From positions 10,895,655 to 10,959,654 of the forward strand of contig CAJINV010000004.1 in assembly GCA_905178155.1 (NCBI GenBank): a stretch of 64,000 nt of DNA, read 5' to 3'. Numbering within the stretch: position 1 is the first letter of the stretch; every line of letters starts with the position of its first letter. Below, one piece after another: positions 61,101 through 64,000 of this stretch. The notes under the pieces are model-generated. The model made no database searches. It had not been told where the DNA came from and saw nothing but the letters and a program-made list of their open reading frames with translations. The position numbers and the translations under genes are program-made. The stretch comes from Amoebophrya sp. A120. Taxonomy: Eukaryota; Protista; Dinoflagellata.

Positions 61101-61562
61101 CGGTCGGAATTCTTCGATTGATAAAATTGACTGAGAAGTGCCAGCGCCAGCGTCTGGGCCTGCTGGCGTGCAATGTGTTCTTCACAAATTGCTTTTTTAG
61201 TTTTAATTTTTATTCGTTGTTGCTTGGTGTTTATCGTGATTGTTACCCATTTTCGTTTTCCTCGTTCCGAAACCGAGTCCGTGGACGTGGAGATGGTCAC
61301 CGGTTCGCATATTGAGGGATAACACTGCAGGTAGAGATCCGTCGAGTCGTGGGTGCGACGGACTAAAGGTCGAGGCCAGCGGTCGTGAGTGTTTGTGTTT
61401 GAAGTTAAGCTGTTGGAGATTTTTATCTTCCCGTAATTCCTTACTGTGCTTATGATTGTGATTATCCTATGATGTGAGTGAGGATGAGCAGAGCGTGCTG
61501 GAACTACTAGCAGATGAGTGCTTTAAGAACTCCAGCTGGTATGATTGTGCGAAATACAAAGA

Positions 61563-64000
61563 ATGAAAATCGCCGGCGGCGGGAAAATGCAAGTATCGTC
61601 ATCTAATCCCCGGAAATTGCGCGACGTATTGCCATGGCGGTTTCAACAGAGCCGGTTGTCAACGAACGCTACTGGTTCTTCTCTGCCAGACCACTCGCCC
61701 ACCACGTCAAACGGCTGCACCTCACTGAGAGAGTGGCGCGAATCGCTGGACAAACGCTGTCAGATTCTGATCGACAGTATCGATGCAGACCTCCGTTTCT
61801 ATTCCGACAAAGCCGACGTGGAACTGTTCATGGAAACGCATGACCTCGTTCTAGTTTCTCTCGCGCCGTTGAATACGGGGCTGAAACACAGGAACATTGT
61901 TGCAAGGAAACCAATCGTGCTAGCACGAGAGAAGAAGAAGCGGGAAAGGGAGGCGGGGTCGGACGCTCCACAGCTAGTAACTGCTGCTGCAGAAGATGTC
62001 GACGACATGATTCTTGCTGCCCCCGCAGCCCTGCAGGACGAGAAATGCCTCAGCGACCGCAATCTTGCGATTGAAACGGTGTGCACGGCTTTGAAAGTGG
62101 CCTGGCTTGCTACTTCTTCTATGAAGCTGCAGAAGGGAAGAGAACAGCACCTCCAGGGCGCTCTTGCGTACTACCAGCCAGCAGAAGACGCGGATCTTTG
62201 CCACCACGAGGACAACTCGTTCGAACACGAGAAGCACTATGTGGTAGAGGCGCTCGATGAGCTGATCTTTCTTCCAAAAGGAAAAGGGAAAATAAACGTC
62301 ACGGCATCGACAATCACCCGCCCGTGGTCAACAGAGAAGGGAGAAAAAGAACCACGCCCTGAAGAAGTTGGACGAAAGGCCGACGACAAAGACGCAAAAG
62401 AAAAAGTCCTAGTGTTGCGTCGCAAAAAAATCTTCGCTCACCAGATCTTGCAGGACGGGTTCGAGGAGTTGTTGGATGAGCTGCAGAGTTACGTCTTCCA
62501 CTGTCTCCAGCTCCTACAAGGCATGGTCCTTATGCGACGGTCTCAAAAACACGTGTGGCGTGTGCGCAGGGAACAGGCGTTGATCCAGGACTACATGAAG
62601 AGGGCCGCTGCGGATGCGCGTTTTGGAAATAAAACCTCCGAGGTGAAGTTCTCGATCGTGTTGAACTATCCTCATGACTTTCGTCACCAAGAAGTACAAC
62701 AAGTCGAGGTGAACAAGGCACAAGCAGCCGCTACGGAGCTTTTTTGCGTCCGACACCTTGCGCTCTTTGGTTGCGAGGGGCGCGAAATTATGGCTTCATC
62801 TGACGCGGCGGTGGCGACGGAGGGAGGTTCAGTTCGCGAACAATCAGCGAACCGCGACACACCAACTGCAGAGTCGTGCGTCGAGATCTCCAGCATCCAG
62901 TTCGGAACGCCTTTTGCGGAGAAGCGCATCTGCATCGGGGATCGCCTGACCCACATCAGTGCCAAGCCATGGATGCGTGTCCGCGAGCAGGTGCCGCTCG
63001 GGAAGGTTCTTTCTTTTTCGTCTTCAGCCGGGGGCAGCGCGGTGCCCGCGATAAAAACTACTTCGCGACCGATTTTCTTGGAGTTTCGGCGACCAGCGGC
63101 CGCGGTTGCCGAGGTTTCCCAGGGGAGTAAGCGGACGCTGGAGAAGCCGCGCTTTCTGAGCGCTTTTGTTTTCGGAGTAAAAGGACCTGAAGATGTAGAT
63201 GATCGGTTCAGTGAGATGAACACAACAAAAGTCGGAGTGGTGCCTGATACTGGTTATACCTCCCCGCCGGACCGACATTTTTACCTGGCAATCCGGCATC
63301 CAGCGGAACGGCGGGGGGAAATTTTTGCTTTCAGAGCAAGCGAGGGACCGCAAGTAGGTGACCGCGATAGAACAACCGCTGTACAAGACGGCGTAGATGG
63401 TGAAGCCAGCGACGCTCTTGACGCAGTGCTGCAGCGCTTTTTTTCGGAGAAAGCGGACCAAAACTTCCACCAAAGCCGCCCTGATGCGTCTATTTGGGAA
63501 AGCTTTGCGCGCGATAAACTCCTGCGACACAAGTCTCGGCGCATTCTGACTGAGAACGACTACGATTGGCTGGCTCAGTGCGAGGATGAATTTCTCGGAA
63601 GTGTCCGCCAGCGCGACGCGGAGCTCGTTGCAGCGCGAATCACCAAGATCGTGCAAGATTTCGCTACAGGAACAGCAGCAGGCGGCGATGGCAATGGGGC
63701 TTCCAATCCCGACCCTGGCGATAAGTCCTCCAGCGCCGAAAGTGGGGCTCCAGCGGGCGCTGGAAAAGAGGAACGACAGAAGAGCGGGCCGCTCCGCCAA
63801 TCTCGGTTCGCGCCCGTCGCTGTCGGCCACGTTGCGAGGACGGCCTGTTCGAAGCTTCTGCACACGCTGCTGCCAAGAGTAAGTGCCAGGTCGCCGCCCA
63901 ATACTGTTGCGGCTGTTGAAAACAAAAAGGACGATTTGGTGTGTGAAGTGTTCGAGTCCGACTACTTTCCGAAGCTGAAAAATAACAGCTTTTCAGTATC
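61563..64000 (+). CDS. Hypothetical protein, >810 aa, runs off the window end; possible PDZ-like segment near 62880-63095
   Basis: Manually translated frame is stop-free from ATG 61563 to the end (absent from the ORF track because it has no stop). VEISSIQFGTPFAEKRICIGDRLTHIS...RPIFLEFRRP resembles a PDZ fold. Confidence 0.7.
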   Translation, partial: MKIAGGGKMQVSSSNPRKLRDVLPWRFQQSRLSTNATGSSLPDHSPTTSNGCTSLREWRESLDKRCQILIDSIDADLRFYSDKADVELFMETHDLVLVSLAPLNTGLKHRNIVARKPIVLAREKKKREREAGSDAPQLVTAAAEDVDDMILAAPAALQDEKCLSDRNLAIETVCTALKVAWLATSSMKLQKGREQHLQGALAYYQPAEDADLCHHEDNSFEHEKHYVVEALDELIFLPKGKGKINVTASTITRPWSTEKGEKEPRPEEVGRKADDKDAKEKVLVLRRKKIFAHQILQDGFEELLDELQSYVFHCLQLLQGMVLMRRSQKHVWRVRREQALIQDYMKRAAADARFGNKTSEVKFSIVLNYPHDFRHQEVQQVEVNKAQAAATELFCVRHLALFGCEGREIMASSDAAVATEGGSVREQSANRDTPTAESCVEISSIQFGTPFAEKRICIGDRLTHISAKPWMRVREQVPLGKVLSFSSSAGGSAVPAIKTTSRPIFLEFRRPAAAVAEVSQGSKRTLEKPRFLSAFVFGVKGPEDVDDRFSEMNTTKVGVVPDTGYTSPPDRHFYLAIRHPAERRGEIFAFRASEGPQVGDRDRTTAVQDGVDGEASDALDAVLQRFFSEKADQNFHQSRPDASIWESFARDKLLRHKSRRILTENDYDWLAQCEDEFLGSVRQRDAELVAARITKIVQDFATGTAAGGDGNGASNPDPGDKSSSAESGAPAGAGKEERQKSGPLRQSRFAPVAVGHVARTACSKLLHTLLPRVSARSPPNTVAAVENKKDDLVCEVFESDYFPKLKNNSFSV

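Noticed and set aside
59516-61315. Arg/Pro/Gly/Ala-rich ORFs in all six frames of the GC islands (also 3531-4267, 7930-8828, 28227-29506)
   Set aside because: Expected from stop-codon scarcity at high GC; no preferred frame or motif.

Overview
Eukaryotic protist genomic DNA. Its organisation most resembles the parasitic dinoflagellate Amoebophrya (Syndiniales); this is an inference, not a database match. About 12 protein-coding genes can be assembled, all on the + strand: a partial 3' end, a putative mitochondrial membrane protein, two small Lys-rich paralogues, a ~4,440-aa degenerate Ski2/Mer3-like helicase-Sec63 + ASCH + GRF zinc-finger + FG-repeat protein, a BT1 folate-biopterin transporter, an archaemetzincin, a DHHC palmitoyltransferase, two tandem RS-rich tandem-CCCH paralogues, a SAM-like/PUB/UBX protein and a long ORF open at the window end. 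The dominant signal is a set of 12 MITE-like elements (110-322 bp, 7 sequence families) inside coding sequence. Each runs TAT...ATA, has terminal inverted repeats and a 5-bp flanking direct repeat, and carries the internal motif TTGTCATGC. Removing the element plus one repeat copy restores the reading frame in all 11 testable cases, in either insertion orientation and almost never with GT-AG ends, so these behave as non-canonical 'introner' introns. Also present are a 1.2-kb chain of hairpins flanked by a perfect 47-bp direct repeat inside a canonical intron, four GC-rich intergenic islands, and a 4.9-kb A-rich tract that is probably a sequencing or assembly artefact.
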